In this document: positions 47,337 to 62,300 of the stretch, piece by piece | Layout: each line of letters starts with the position of its first letter | How positions within the stretch are numbered: position 1 is the stretch's first letter | Assembly: GCA_038496445.1 (NCBI GenBank) | Contig: JALMLS010000322.1 | Location: 1-64,000, forward strand | From: Trichosphaerium sp. ATCC 40318 | Lineage: Eukaryota; Protista; Tubulinea | Direction: 5' to 3' | Length of the DNA stretch: 64,000 bases | Position numbers and translations under genes: made by a program | Notes under the pieces: generated by a model | What the model was told of the DNA's origin: nothing | The model's input: only the letters and a program-made list of their open reading frames with translations | The model's database searches: none

Positions 47337-50300
47337 CTACATAGGTAGCGCGTGTAACATACTAAAAGGTGGTCTTCTATCAGGTCCCCTGAATTTATAA
47401 TTAAAACAAGAAGAAAAAAAAAACTGAAAAAAAACTAAAAAAAGAGGCTTTACCTGTATGGACGGCCAAGTATATTAGTGAGAACAGAATCATTACCCCT
47501 TTTCTCTAGTTCAACGAGAATCTCCATACACGTCTATTTGGAAAAAAAGTTAACATAGAGATGGTGCAGAGCTCTTAATTTGTTTTTTTTTTTGGATTCA
47601 TTCATAACATTCATAAAAGTAAGCTTTCTTTCGTAGTACCTTCAGTTTACGCATTAGGTATGTTAGAAGTTCATCTCTAGTAACACCTTTCGGTAATACC
47701 TCTTCATAGTGCATGTTGATGTCTATTTCGAGTTGCTGTGATACAGATTAGTATTAACTAACATTTGAAATCAATTTGACGAATTATACCTTTGTTATGT
47801 TGTTATAAGGCGACTCTCTTGACACAGCATCTAGAGCGGATGATTTACATTTATCACGAACTACAGAAGGAAGGCTACTGGATATGGATGGTCTAAAAAA
47901 TAAATTAGCAAAGTCGCAACAATAGTAAAGCAAGACCTACCTCTTGTATGGTACATAACGTAATTTAAAGCAAGGTGATCGGACTGGATACTCAGGACTT
48001 ATCTCAACAAGTACTTCAAGTTGATCTAAGAAATATATAATAAGTAAAAGCCGACTTAAAGAGTCGAGAATGAAAGTTTTCTTACCTTTATTATCCATTT
48101 TGAAGATACCTTTGTAGTATGAGCAATGAAGCCTTTCCCATGATATCTTATGATGTCTTGAGCTAGAGCTGACTGAAACTGCTTTAGAAACTTTATTATC
48201 AACTTTAGGAGGTGATTCTGATGATGCTTTTGAAGCTGTTTCTGTTGATGCCAACTCTCCCTACAAAGTGTTTTTTAAGCAAAACTCTTGAGTTTCATCG
48301 AATTTACCTCTTCAACAGCACCTTCCTCTAGTTCCCCTTCTTCAACACGAGAAGATTCTGTAGATCGTGATCTGGATTTATGCTTTCTACTACTACTACT
48401 GCTACTGCTGCTACTTCTACTTTTTGATTTTCTTCTGTTCTAAATGCAAAAGTTAAAAAAAATTTGGCTAAGTAACACTTACAATAAACTCACTAGCAGA
48501 TATCGATGTCCAAGAGCTCAATGTTGCAACGCTGCGAATGTGAAGATTTTGTTTATGGGCAACAGGTATTTTTCCTCTTGCTAAAAAGCACGTGAGAAAA
48601 AGGAAAGGATAAAAAAAAAACCAAAGAAGAGTAAACAAAGTGAAGTTGATTTTGATTTTTTATTATTTGACAAGAAGTACTAACTGAAGGATTGCATCTG
48701 CTGTGTGACTGATTTCTTTGATTGTGCACGTGCTTCAATCTTAGATAAAACATCCTATATATCAAGTTAATTCAAACAGTACCATAAAACGAACAAGTGA
48801 AACAATCACAAACGTGCCTCCATTTTATATCTCTGATTTGTATCCATTGCATTAACATTTCCATAAGTCCCTTTATCACAAAGGAATTGCGCCCATCTAC
48901 CCTTATTGTTAACGCGCTAAAGTATACTAAAAAAGAACATACCTGTAAGCAAATCCAGTAGAAGGAGAAAACTGTAACTGACTAACTTAGGGTTAAACAA
49001 ACAAACAAACAAAAAACAACGAAAGGAAGAATTTTCATACCCGGTATACTGATACTTATTAGCAAGATTTGGTGTCTCTTCACCTGTATCATTTGGATAT
49101 AGATTTGTAAGTAAATTATCACCAAGAGTTGTTTCAGTAGAGACAACAACAATCTCCAAATTAACCAAGTAATTAAATGTGACCGTCATTTTATCGGTTG
49201 CTACCATCAAATTAGCGACTTTAACCAATCAACAACAAAAAATCAATTACACGTACAAGATACTGTAAATATAAGTGATACACTCAAAGGATGCTTTTTG
49301 TATAGTTCAGATTCGTCTAGATTATTCAAATCTTGTTTTTCTAAACAGAAGTGTCAAAATCACATTGTGACATTTTTTTTCTCATATTTTTCTGACATTT
49401 TACTATTAATTGTGTTATGTACCTGTAGCATTAATAATAAGTTTCTTGGCTTCATCAACATCTCCCAAAACGTTAGCAACTATATTCTTCTTTCCTTTAA
49501 CAAAAAATAAGTGAACTGCACACGTGGGACTAGCAAATCTGTCAGTTGAATTGGACGTACCTGAAACTTCAAGATAAGTTGAAACGTGAGAGTAAAATAT
49601 ATACAAAGGATGCGGCAGGAACTCTTGTGCTTTACTATGTTCCTTTGCTTTATTTGTATTCAAAGATACGTATTTTTGTATTGGAATCATAGCCTAATTG
49701 ACAAACCAGGTTAACAACACAAGGCAGTAAAAAATTATTTCAAAAAAATGCTCGCGAAACTTACTTTTTTGACTGAAGAAACGTTCTGTAGTAACGTGTT
49801 CAAGTATGCTTGTTTATCTTTTTTTTCAGCCATACTATCACTCTTAAGTTTCTTTAACCTCTGAAGCTCCTTTTGTAATCTAAATAAGAGCAATAAGCCA
49901 AAAAATGAATCAATTAGTAATAGAAGTTATCGCACTCTTCTCGTCTAAATTTCTCATACTCCAATCTCTTCAACATTATCAAATGACGCTTATTCTCTTC
50001 ACGCTCTTCTTCGTTACTACCTAATTTGAAAAGGAAGTAAGTAAAAAGAGCAAGACTTTGTTATAAACGCGTAGAAATGGTAGTACCAGGCACATTTTCT
50101 AAGTCAGGCAAGAACTGCTTGTGCTCAGTTGCAAATAGCTCTTCTTCGCTTATTAGATCTTCTACAACCTCTTTAGGTCTACTTTAAGCGTTAGGTTGAT
50201 TCATAAACAAATCGGTTGACGACGTAACTGGTAAAGATCACAGGCTTGTTTTTCTCTTACGTAGTGATCTCTCTCATACTGTAGGTTTTGTAGCTGTAGA

Positions 50301-50694
50301 TTGGTCTCATGTAGCTTGAGTTTTACTCCGTTTGTCGTTTGCCTTACTTTGTCGATGGCAAAGTTAACAGTGCTTTAATAATGGATTAATAATGCGTTTA
50401 AAGCTGTAATTTACCCTGCAGCATCTTTATAATCAATAAATAACATATAACCCTTTGCGTATAGTTGTTGTCGCAGCTTTGCCTTCTATAATACAATAAA
50501 CTACAATATAGCAGGTTTAACCTTACGCCAGCATCTTTATCCTTGTATACTTCGTCTGTGAGCTTTAATAGCTCTTCAAGGAGCCCCGCAGCGCCTCTTG
50601 TTGGCACAAGCGTAGCATTATCAGTTCTGACACGCTTTACCTTGCCAGGTGTTGAACCACTTGTTTGTTTTCTTTTGGTGCCGCGAGTGCTCAT
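47337..50694 (-). CDS. THOC5: THO complex subunit 5 (FMIP)
   Basis: LQLQNLQYERDHY..E...C, LMLKRLEYE, FLPHPLYIFY, HPLSVSL, VTFNYLVNLEIVVV, LLTNLYPNDTGEETPN, VEISPEYPVRSP, C-terminal RGPDRRPPF. Confidence 0.88.
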
Positions 50695-50920
50695 GTTGGT
50701 GTCAACGGCAACGAAAAAGAAAAAAAAAATTAGTCACAATTTTTCGTTTTGTTGCGTACAACCGCTAACCTTGCCTCCAATGAATCATCTTTTCGTAGCA
50801 ATAGCTGCTGCGGCAGTTTTGCCCGCAAAAGTAGTTGGTGCGGTGGTAATGGGGTGCGTTTCATTTAAAAACCGTTAACACTCACGCACATAAAGGGCAA
50901 GTAAAACTATATCACCTCAC

Positions 50921-51933
50921 ATGATGGACACTTGGAAAGTGGTTGGAGGGTCAACAATATTGTTTCATACGCTCAGAACCTTCATATTTGGTACCGAGAG
51001 CTACAATGTAAGTGACATTCTAACAAGTTCTGTAGGTAAGCAATTGAGAAGCATAGAGTATCCAGATGGAGACCTTAGAACAATAACTATACGAAGGAAC
51101 CGTGTATACTCCCTGAAAAGAGCGGTACAGTAAACGTAACAATTTTTTTTTGTTGGAAACTTTTTTGACTGTAAACTCATTACCCTTGTAAGATCCTTAA
51201 CGCACAAGATCCGTTATATCCAGGTGTTAAATTAGATGAAACGCATATTGCTATGATTGCCAAATGGACATCGCCACATTTTTGTGAAATCATAGAGCAC
51301 AACTCGGTGAGCATTTTCTTATATTTCTTATATTGACTGTCGGTATAAAGGATGTTAAGACAATACCTGATGGAGGGTTTGTATTCTGGGCTCGGGAGGG
51401 CAGCGAAATACCAACACGTGGTGTTGTTCTTGATCACAAAAGTAATATTGAATCGTTTCTTTTTGCTGTTGGATGTTAATCCTCGAATTAGGCACAAAAG
51501 ACGAAACAGAGTTAGACAAGGCAATAAAATTTATACGCCGGCTTGGTAAATCCACAAACGAGAATCATGCCCTCCTAAAGCATGAAGAAGCTCAACTTAT
51601 TGACCTTCTTGTTATAAAGCAAAATGACGCTGTCCTGGCTGTATGTACTGTCTCTGATCTCGTATCTGTGTGCTTACTTATGATGCTATTTAGTATTATC
51701 GTAACTTTAAAGATGATCCAAAGGAGTTCCGACGTCATATACGTAGATTTTTAGTTATTCAAGAATTGACAGACAAAGGAAAAAAATATTCACATCTTTA
51801 CAGACCACCACCAAAAGTAGTGTTACCAATGTCAGAAGCAGATTATAAAACATCGTTCGAGAGTTACGATGCAGCTAAACAAATATCATCGTTTGTACAG
51901 CAACGTAATAAGCCTACAAAAGATGTCAAATAA
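50921..51933 (+). CDS. Uncharacterised multi-exon protein
   Basis: ATG followed by a chain of short GT-AG bounded exons; no recognisable domain. Confidence 0.4.
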
Positions 51934-52747
51934 GAAAATGTAATAGTATAGAATTACAAGCTCTACCCAAACCGAGCACGTCCACATGTGGTGTACTTTG
52001 ATACCAAAATAAAATAACTATTGAGTGGTAGTTGTTCGTAGCCTGGATCTAGCATATCTTCATAGTAAATCCACTGAGCGGTGCTTTGATATCGTCATCT
52101 ATTACTGTTTTAGATCTGTAAATGGTCATAATTAATCGCCAAATACCATCTTGTTTACGTGAACTTTTGCTAAGCCGGCAAAGAAGCCCGGTACAGTTTT
52201 TGTTGTAAAAATGACAACACTCAGCAATTTAAATACCGATGTTTGGTACCATATCGTTGGTAAAACTTCGGGTTGGTCTCTGTTGGAAGCAGTTTCAGCC
52301 TGCTTATTTGACTAGATAACGCAAGTTTGCAAGGATTTGAATTCTCTTCTTCCATTAAGCTCCGATGATGTCGTGTGGGAGGTTCTGCACAACGAACGCC
52401 TTCTCGCACTTACATCAACACCAGATGGTACCCTTGATCACCTTGAGAAGCGTTATAACTTTTCTTTAGAATCGCATAAAACTCATATCCGCGCAGTACA
52501 CAGATTTAGTAAAACGCGAAAATCATAACAGAAAATAGAATACCAAATGCAGAGGAACTACGTAAGATAGAACTCTAACGAACCTTTTACTTTAGCTCAC
52601 CCTTTTCAAAGCTAGAAAATAAGTACCAATCACGTGTTTTGAGCGCTTCTGCTAAACACGTTAAATATATACGTGACAAGAGTTCATTGTAGTTCATCAG
52701 TGTTAAGTTGTCATGGCTTGTTTATCATCAACAACCCTTTGAAGCGC

Positions 52748-54131
52748 ATGTCAAGCCTTTCTGACAATGTACTATGCTCAGTCGATACCCTGTATATGGT
52801 TTGTTGTGCATGTGATAGTTTCCAAACGATATTGTATTTGTCAAGCACAAACGCTACCATTTCATCAATACTACGAAACTACAAGGCACTCTGGTATATT
52901 TTTCAAAAGAGATGGCCGTGTATACTTCACTGGGGTCCAAAAAGCCATTGGCCTATTGATATTTTGAACTGCTCTTCATGGAAGGAAGTAGTTTATTTCG
53001 CTTCATTTGTGGAGTACAAACAAAACGTACGTTGAAAAAGCGTAACGAATCACGTGTGAGCAGATTGTTTATTATTGTTAATTTTTTTCATCACAGGCAC
53101 CCATTTCGTTCAAGGGAAGCAAAGTTAAACTAAATATCACAGAAGGGTATAGATGCACTGGTTCCAAACAAATCAAACCTCCATTTGGGTCACGATGTGT
53201 GCCTCGATTTAATTACATCAATAATGGCATTTCTGACACTAGTTTGATGCTACGAACAGATGACGATCACCGTTTGTGGTCTTCTTATTACCATTTCCCA
53301 AACTACAAAGAGCACTTATTAGCCAGGGATGTTCTCGTAGTTACAAGTCCCAAGCGAATAAGTGGTATTGATGTAAAGACTGGTAAGCGAAAATGGAGCG
53401 TAAAGATTAAGCTCGAACAACCTTTGCTAGCTTACAGCAAGGATACTGTGTTTTGCCTTACTCAACATGGAAAGGTACCCAAGCGCAGATTGTGGTACTT
53501 GAGTTTATCTACAGGTACCGCACTATTACATTAAACTAGGTGGCTGACAAGTTTCCAAGGCAAGATCCTATCAAAGAAAAGCAGTATTTATGTTCCACTT
53601 GGTTTTGTGAAACTTTTTGCCAGCGAAGACCTCTTAGTTGTATCAAGATCATTACGTAAAGATTTTACTGTAGTATTTGACATCGAATCAAGAGAGACTG
53701 TCTTGGCTTTACCGTACATGTGTAATGGTTTTGAGTGTTTAAACGATAAAGTGTTTATCGCTTTTGATGACCATCTTTATTGTTACTCACGTAAAACTTG
53801 TTACTCAGATATAACAGAGATGTTATCACTTGAATGGAAACTGAACATGGATTACAAACCTAGATTTCTGCTTTTTGGAGATGGAAGTATACTTACATAT
53901 GCTAGTATTGGCGAAATGGCTCCAATTGAGATATGTTTGGTAGATAGTAATGGAAACAAAAAATGGACACACGTTTCTCAAATAAAAGATGAGAGTATTA
54001 GGCACAATCTTGGTAGTGTTGGTGTTCACTCTTGTCAGGGTGTATCTGTTGTTTACTTAGTGGAGGGAAAAGTTAGGGTAATAGAGATGATAAATTGGAA
54101 TGGTGAAAAAACTTGGTGTAAATCTCTGTAA
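52748..54131 (+). CDS. F-box-like N-terminus plus PQQ/WD-like beta-propeller protein
   Basis: N-terminal '...LYLSSTNATISSILRNYKALWYIFQKRWP'; propeller-like blades GIDVKTGKRKWSVK, LVDSNGNKKWT, INWNGEKTW. Confidence 0.5.
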
Positions 54132-54432
54132 AATGGACTAGCCTTAGACATGGTTTTCTGATTGACTTGTTTGAGATTTGGACAAGATATAGATCCATCA
54201 ACCTTGAGTGGTATATCCGCTCTGTTAGATGTACGACCATTATAGCGCATGTGTAACTTATTTTTGTTTGCTTTTGGTGCCATGGTGGCTTAGCCCTAAA
54301 GCTACAAATCAACTTCACCCGTTTGATTTCGTTTGAAAACGAACTAATTTTCTAGCATACGAAATTCACGTGACATTGTCATTCATGAAAAAAAAACGCT
54401 GACCATAATTTACCAAAGCAACTTCATGCGTA

Positions 54433-57400
54433 ATGAGACTTTTAGTCTTATTTAGCATAATATTCGCATCAACATACGCACCACCATCTTGTCTTTTCGT
54501 AGGTAAAACACGTGATATTTAAATTATTAGCGCTAATCGATGGTAATCAAGCTTTTGACAACGCTTTGGCATCAAATTGCGCAACAGGGTGCTCCCAACA
54601 AATATTTACTTGTCCAGTTGACGATACAATTGGAGAATGCAATGAGGTGCCGAACGGTGGCGTTATATTTGATAAGGACGATATTACCGGAGGCGTTTAT
54701 GGGTAAACTATGCTTTTCTCGGACTTTCTTCGTAATACAGCGTAGGGATTCTCAACAGATTTATTCTAAAGTTTATGGTTCTTACATCAGTGTAAACAAT
54801 CTATTTGTGAATACTGTGGGATCTACCACAACCTTTTTTCAGTATGTGCACGTGTTTTTGTTTTTTTTTGCCTAATGGAATATCGAGGTGTGTGAACGTA
54901 GGTCTTACTGGAACTCGCCAAGATTCTCAAGCGACGCATTCAATATTATTTCTCTTATGCGGTAATACGTTCACGCTACGAATTGATTTGTGCGTACTTG
55001 ATTTAAACAACGTAAGCAACAACATTGAAGCAAAGTTGATTTTTGACATAGGCCAATCAAATATGTGTTCCTACACCTCTGCCTGTCATAGAACTCAATA
55101 CTGTCGCTCTGGATATTACACCACCACAGCCTTTCATAAATGGGACATTTTTCTTTGGCGGAGCAAAGCTATGGGTACGTACTATTGAAAAGAAAAATCA
55201 TCAAAAAAGCTCATAAACTCAAGAGATACGACATTTCAATAACAGCGCTTTTCGAAGAGATTACAGATAGTACACAAAATCTAGGAGCTGGACGATTCAG
55301 AGTGGAGCGTATAGGCGATTGTAAGGAATTATTGATTTGATTAGAATTAACCTTGATAGTTGTTTATGCGTGTAACACTCTTGACACAAGCATCTTTATA
55401 AGAAACGAGACTACTGGGTTTTGGTTCACTTTTTATAACCTTGAACGTAACTGTGCTGACATGATGGTACTCACGTGATATTAGAACCTAGTTTGTCTTA
55501 TGATATTAGGGCCATCACTCATCTCCAAACCTTTATATTGTGGATAATGCTCACAATGTATTCAAACGTCTATCTACTTATTTTTTTCTTATTTTAATTC
55601 TAGTTGTATGCTTTAACTTTAAACCCTTCTACTGGATTTATTGTAACAGAGACAGGACCTTCAGCGATGAGTAATGTAGGTGTATGGGATCCAACAAGCC
55701 TTTTGGCTGTTGCACCATGCCCTACAGGCGCACCAGTTGGATACGCTGGCATCGCTCCTATAAGTACATATACTGGAGCTCCTATAACTCTACCTCCACC
55801 TACACCTCCGCCAACATTCCCTCCTCTCCAACCAACACCAACGATAAATCCGTCTGAGGCAGCCCCCTCTACACTCCCTCCAGCCCCATCTACAATATCG
55901 CCAACTCCTGAATTGGTTCCATCGACAGTATCGCCATTGCCACCTGCGCTATCACCAACTCCTACATTAGTTCCAAGTGATATGATTGTGCCTTCGCCAG
56001 AACCCAATGGTACCTATTGTAGCATTTATTTACTAACCAACTGACGATGTTCGAACAGAACCAACGATGACATCAACTTCTCCTAGTGTGACTGATTCTC
56101 CAAGTGCAGTAACTCCTGGTACTCTTTATAAATAATATACCTGGAGAAACTAAAAGTACTGGTAGGAAATAGAGTACAGATCAATGCACAATTTGAAGTT
56201 GATACAACTTTGGATGTTAATAGCGCCCTCACATCAATTCAAGAAGGACTAAAGTCAGTTACACGTGCCAATTTGGGTCTACCAACTTCTTCTTTTGATG
56301 ACATTTTCAAAGAGTTCTCTCTCATACTTTCATTAAAACGACAAACATCTTACACTCTTTCTCTCATTACAATACAACCTGATTCAAGTATTCTATCTCA
56401 AGGTACCCAACCTCGCTTTCAAACCATGGATTCACATACACAATAGATATCGCTCCATACACGTGTTGTGTTTTGAAGTTCATGTCATCTCAAGTATTCG
56501 AAGATACAACATTTCCTGGTATTACAGTTGACACATGTACTCGTATGTTCATTATCTTGATATCAATCTTGAACTCATTATCGCTTAGCTGCAACATCAG
56601 AATCTATTTGTGTGTCAACAAACACAGGCAACACAACAGGTGGTGGCTCCTCTAATCTAGGGATTATCATTGGTGTTGTTATTGCTGTACTTGTTCTTCT
56701 TGCCATTATCATCATTGTTGTGTTCTACTTTACAAGGAAAAAGGTATGCAGATAGTCTACAAAGTAAATTGATTTATTAATCTCAGTTCAGAAGACAAGT
56801 AATGCAGGACAAACAGCGAGTGGTAAGCCATATGAAAGAATGTTTTGAAGATAACGTTTTTTAAGTTAAACATGTCAGTACTCCAAAAGATCCAGAAGAG
56901 AAATATGGAAATATTCATCTATCAAGCTGTAAGCTTCCTCTCGTTTCAAGTATTTAGCTTACAGATGTTAGTTAATAATAAAGAAACTAAGCCTGGGAAG
57001 AAAGGAAATGATATTTCAAGTAATGAAACGTCAGTTGCTGAAACCATTGAAGATTCTTCCTCATCATCAGAAACCGAAGGTACAAAGAAGTCTACATTTA
57101 TACAAGTGGCTAATATGTTTAAATAGGAATAGCAACACATCGCATGTCTAGAAATTGGGTCATAAAGTTTACAGATTTGACTTTTGGAAAGAAGCTTGGA
57201 TCAGGTACACTTTGTTTTTTTAAAGGTTAACGTCTTTTATAGGCAGTTTTGGTGTTGTAACAAAAGGAAAGTGGCGATACAACAATGTAGCAATAAAGAG
57301 TTGTCATGATGTTGCCGGGAAAGAAAGTTTCTTTGCTGAAGCACAACTCATGGTTGAACTCAGACCTCACAATAATGTTGTACAAGTATGAGATAAAGAT

Positions 57401-58274
57401 ATCTAAATAAGTACTATCAACAAACGCATTGCTTAGGTGTATGGAGTTAGTGTACATGATGATGCTTACTTCTTGGTCATGGAGTTTATGGAAGGTAGAT
57501 ATTAGAATCGCATATACTAGAGTTACTGATTTATCCACTTCTAGGTGGTTCTCTTGATTCACTATTGTATGATGAAACGTTCTCATTTGAAATGTCAGAA
57601 AAAGAATCTATCATTCTTGGTATTGCAAGAGGTCTTCTCCATCTTCATGAAGAAGGTATTGTTCATAGGTATGCAGTAAACATCATGTGTGAAATACAGC
57701 TTTATTAAACATCACGTGAAATATCTTATGGAAGTGTTAAGGGACTTGGCAGCACGTAATATACTTCTTGATAAGAGTCGTACTCCAAAGATCAGTGATT
57801 TTGGTATGTCGAGACTACTTGGAGACCGAGATGATCCTGGTGTGACACAAGCTGGTATTGGACCAATAAGGTACCGGGAAACATTCATAAAAGTAGTCAG
57901 TATCTAAACATAAAAAGGTGGATGTCACCAGAAAACATGAACAAACTGTATTCACCAAAGTCTGATGTTTGGTCATTTGCTTGTTTACTGGTACGGTTTT
58001 ACTTTTGATTAATTTACTACAATCGTCACTGTTAGATAACTACAAACCTGTACTGACGTTATTACAGTTCGAGATTTTCCATGAAGAAGTACTTTGGGCT
58101 GATGAGAACAACTTATTGACACTTGCTGTAGAAATCAGAGATGGAATAAGGGTACCAAGTTTTGATGATCAGATTGTACCTGAAAAGTATCATGACTTGA
58201 TGGACTCATGTTGGTCATTTGAACCAAATGATCGCCCGTCAATGGATACTGTATGTAAACTACTTACAAACTAA
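54433..58274 (+). CDS. Single-pass receptor kinase, tyrosine-kinase-like (copy 1)
   Basis: Signal peptide, Cys-containing ectodomain, Pro/Thr/Ser stalk 55780-56120, TM LGIIIGVVIAVLVLLAIIIIVVFYF-TRKK, kinase GSGSFG, VAIK, HRDLAARN, KISDFG, GPIRWMSPE, SDVWSF. Confidence 0.92.
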
Positions 58275-58759
58275 AAAAACTATTTGTGTATCAATGCATA
58301 ACTTGATACCGGCTCAGCGACAACATCATGTCATGTAATAACTAGTTGTTGTATCAACATTTCCATGAGCCAGTAGGAGTGAGATGATAGACGTAATAAA
58401 CAAGCTTATTTTAACATGTTTACCGTAAAACTATGGAGATGCATAGGTTTCTGGAATGTTCTACTTTGTACCCTTTCTTTTTAGTGATGCTACATGCTCT
58501 TCTTTTTTTACAAGCAATTTCTTCTTGTCTAAGATCAGGCTGAGTAACATCAGCGAGATTACTCAATCGCATACTGCTTGTGTACGCTTTTCAATTTGAT
58601 AAAATTAATAAAGTTGTTTTGGTTTTGTGAGTGTAATAAGCCACTCAGTCATTATGTGAACTCTCTAAAAATACAGTTAAATGAACTTTCCAATGGAAAT
58701 ATTCTTGTGGAACTTTCTTCTGGAAATATTCTCGTAGAATTTGCAGAAATAACAAAATT

Positions 58760-59193
58760 TCGCTGCTAGGATTATAGACGAAAACATCAACTCAGCTGTA
58801 CTAAGCAGTTTGGTGTTTCCTCCTGGGAATAATGAAGATACATAACAGGTTTTTAGAGACCAACCACTACCTCCAGAAGTTGCAGCAAACGCAGATGAGT
58901 CACCATTACGTAATTTATAAATTTATTTTTGAAAACACTAACTCTGTTTTTAGGTTTTAACAAACCTCATCAACCACACCTTTGACCGCCGTGATCCCAC
59001 AGAGATGGCTAAAAAGGGATACTACCAGGAGTATAAGTCGCTTAGTGCTGAATTCCATAAAGTCAAAATGAAGGCTGTAGATCCATCTGAAAGAAAAAGA
59101 ACACAATTAGCTGTGAATGTCCTACAAGATAAAAGTGAAGACGGATCAGGTGGCTCTGATTCCGACTTTGAGTTACCTGGTACCCCACCATAG
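58760..59193 (+). CDS. Short uncharacterised coding fragment
   Basis: Spliced exon-like segments ending in ORF 59005-59193; 5' end unclear. Confidence 0.3.
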
Positions 59194-59396
59194 CCCCTGA
59201 TCCGGCCACTCATGATGGAGCTGGCTAAATATCCGGATTTGCTGTACCTGAAAAACAACAAAGAAATATCAGTATTTTTTTTTTTTCGCGTAATCCAGTC
59301 AATTCCATAACTTTATCGCGCTTAAATTGGATTGCGAAAAGGGCATACTAATTTATGCACACGTGCGCATATCTACACAGTTTTCACAGTTTGGCA

Positions 59397-62300
59397 ATGT
59401 CTCGGCTTATACTGCTCTATTTTATTGCCTTGTTTATTCTCTCGGCGTTTGCTGTCCGTATAGACACTTTTGACGTGTTTTCAGAAGTCTCTACAAACTC
59501 CCCAACTCCAGGTTACGTAACCACTATAAATGATACTATCTTTGGTGGAAGGCGTGTCATGACAGCTGTGAGGCTTTTTGGCAGTAGTAGCGTTTTGGAA
59601 CTATCATGTAATGTAGTTAATGGTCACTTTGTCATGCAATCTGATGTGTCAGTCGTTGGCAAGTGTTCTATCGCCTATGCTGGAATATTTGGCGCTGGGT
59701 TTACGACACCTTTAAACTTACTTCAAAATGGTTGTAGTATGTATTACTTCATAACCTACCCAACTTTTTTATTTCTCTTAAAACTCGTTTTAGGTTGTTG
59801 GAACTTTCACGTTTTTGAATCAGACCACGATGTCGAATTTGTTGCAACTTTCCGTAATTCTATTACAAGCCAAAGTATCGCTCTATCTCACATATTGGCA
59901 GTTGATATCACCAATCCTACGGATGTTTGTATTCCATACGGAAGTGCTCAAAATGCATTGACATCAGTCAATAGAGCCGAATACACCTTAGCAGGTGTAG
60001 CAGCTAATGCTGACACAAGTGGTGGATATTCTTGCTGTCAACCTATTGTTTCTTGTTGGTACTATCTTCACCTTAGTAAGCGGTTCAATATTAACACGTG
60101 ATATTTAGGCATACCATCACAGCTGGGCCACAAAGAGAGCTTAACAATTTGGATATTGGGGATGGCATAGATATTTCGTTGACTTGTATCAATTACCCAT
60201 CATTTCCAGCTACAGCAGAATCAATTGTTGTTTTGTTGCCTTTTGATGCTTCAGTTGGATCAGTACAAGTAGCAACTGTTTCTTGTACAGGTGTAACATT
60301 GTTCGGTCTGTTAAACAATGAGCTTAGATTTACTGCACTACTTGGCGAAAACCAAGCAGCCAATTGCTCTCTTACCATAACAATGCAATCACCAGGTCAA
60401 GTCAACAACCTGGGCGCCTTTATCACTACTGGAGCCCAAGAGAATCCTCCAATTCGTTCCAATGAAGGTGTTCCACTGTACACCCTAATTTTCACAAGAT
60501 TGCACATACTGAAAAATCTAAACTGATTTTAATCGACGCTGTTCTTAATGATTTAATGTACCACATAGCCATGGCACTCCAGCTTTCTGTGATCCACCTA
60601 AATTGTCATCGGTCATTGTCAATGCTCCTCCGCAAATACTAACGAATGCGCCAGTATTTGTAGCAACGCCAGATTCACCTACTCCAACGTCAACACCAAC
60701 GTCAACACCAACGGCAGTGCCAACCAACTCGCCTACAGACTCTCCAACAATAGCTCCAACTGATTCACCTACTCCAGAGCCAACAGGTACGAAGCAATAC
60801 TGTTAATTGGCCTAACAACAACCCCAGACGATGGCTTCCCTTATCTTGGCATTATCATTGGTTGTGTCATTGCTGTACTCGTCCTCCTTGTCATTATCAT
60901 CATTGTTGTGTTCTACTTTTCACGGAAAAGGGTACAACGCATACAATCCAATGTAAATTGTAATTGACGTAAGTTTAGAAGACACCGAATGCGGGGCAAA
61001 CAGCAAGTGGTAAGGAATAGAGAAGACATGGAGAACTAATTTTGATATAGTAAAACACGTGACTACAAATGACCCAAATGAGAAATATGGACGTGAGCTT
61101 CCCAACACTGAGGCTCCAACCATTTACAATTATTAGTTAACAATACAGAAACTAAGCCAAAGAAGAAAAGCGGTGCTGTGGGAGCATCACATATTTCTAT
61201 AGTTGAATTATCACTGCGTACAGAGCAAGATGAAGCATCTCCATCTGAAACTCAACGTATGAAAGGTAGCATGTATGAGTCTAAAAGATGTTTGTAGGTA
61301 TAGTTACACGCCACTTGCCTCGTAATTGGATCATACAGTTTGAAGATTTGACTTTTGGGCAGAAACTTGGATCAGGTACACTTCTGTTCCATCCGAATTT
61401 GAATTGTTAATGTCTTTGGTTATACAGGAAGTTCTGGTGTTGTAACAAAAGGAAAGTGGCGATACGACAACGTAGCAATAAAGAGTTGTCATGATGTTGC
61501 CGGGAAAGAAAGTTTCTTTGCTGAAGCACAACTCATGGTTGAACTCAGACCTCACAATAATGTTGTACAGGTATGAGATAAAGATATCTAAATAAGTACT
61601 ATCAACAAACGCATTGCTTAGGTGTATGGAGTTAGTGTACATGATGACGCTTACTTCTTGGTCATGGAGTTTATGGAAGGTAGATATTATTTAGAATCGC
61701 ACATTAGAGTTACTGATTTATCTACTTCTAGGTGGTTCTCTTGATTCACTATTGTATGATGAAACGTTCTCATTTGAAATGTCAGAAAAAGAATCTATCA
61801 TTCTTGGTATTGCAAGAGGTCTTCTCCATCTTCATGAAGAAGGTATTGTTCATAGGTATGCATTAGACATCGCATGGAAATACGTGTTTATGGAAGTGTT
61901 AAGGGACTTGGCAGCACGTAACATACTTCTTGATAAGAGTCGTACTCCAAAGATCAGTGATTTTGGTATGTCGAGACTACTTGGAGACCGAGATGTTCCT
62001 GGTGTGACACAAGCTGGTATTGGACCAATAAGGTACCGGGAAACATTCATAAAAGTAGTCAGTATCTAAACATAAAAAGGTGGATGTCACCAGAAAACAT
62101 GAACAAACTGTATTCACCAAAGTCTGATGTTTGGTCATTTGCTTGTTTACTGGTACGGTTTCACTTTGATTAATTTACTACGATTGTCACTGTTAGATAA
62201 CTACAAACCTGTACTGACGTTATTATAGTTCGAGATTTTCCATGAAGAAGTACTTTGGGCTGATGAGAACAACTTATTGACACTTGCTGTAGAAATCAGA

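Noticed and set aside
55600-56007. Gly/Val-rich minus-strand ORF and similar antisense ORFs
   Set aside because: Shadow of the Pro/Thr-rich stalk on the plus strand; most short ORFs in the track are antisense or intron read-through artefacts.
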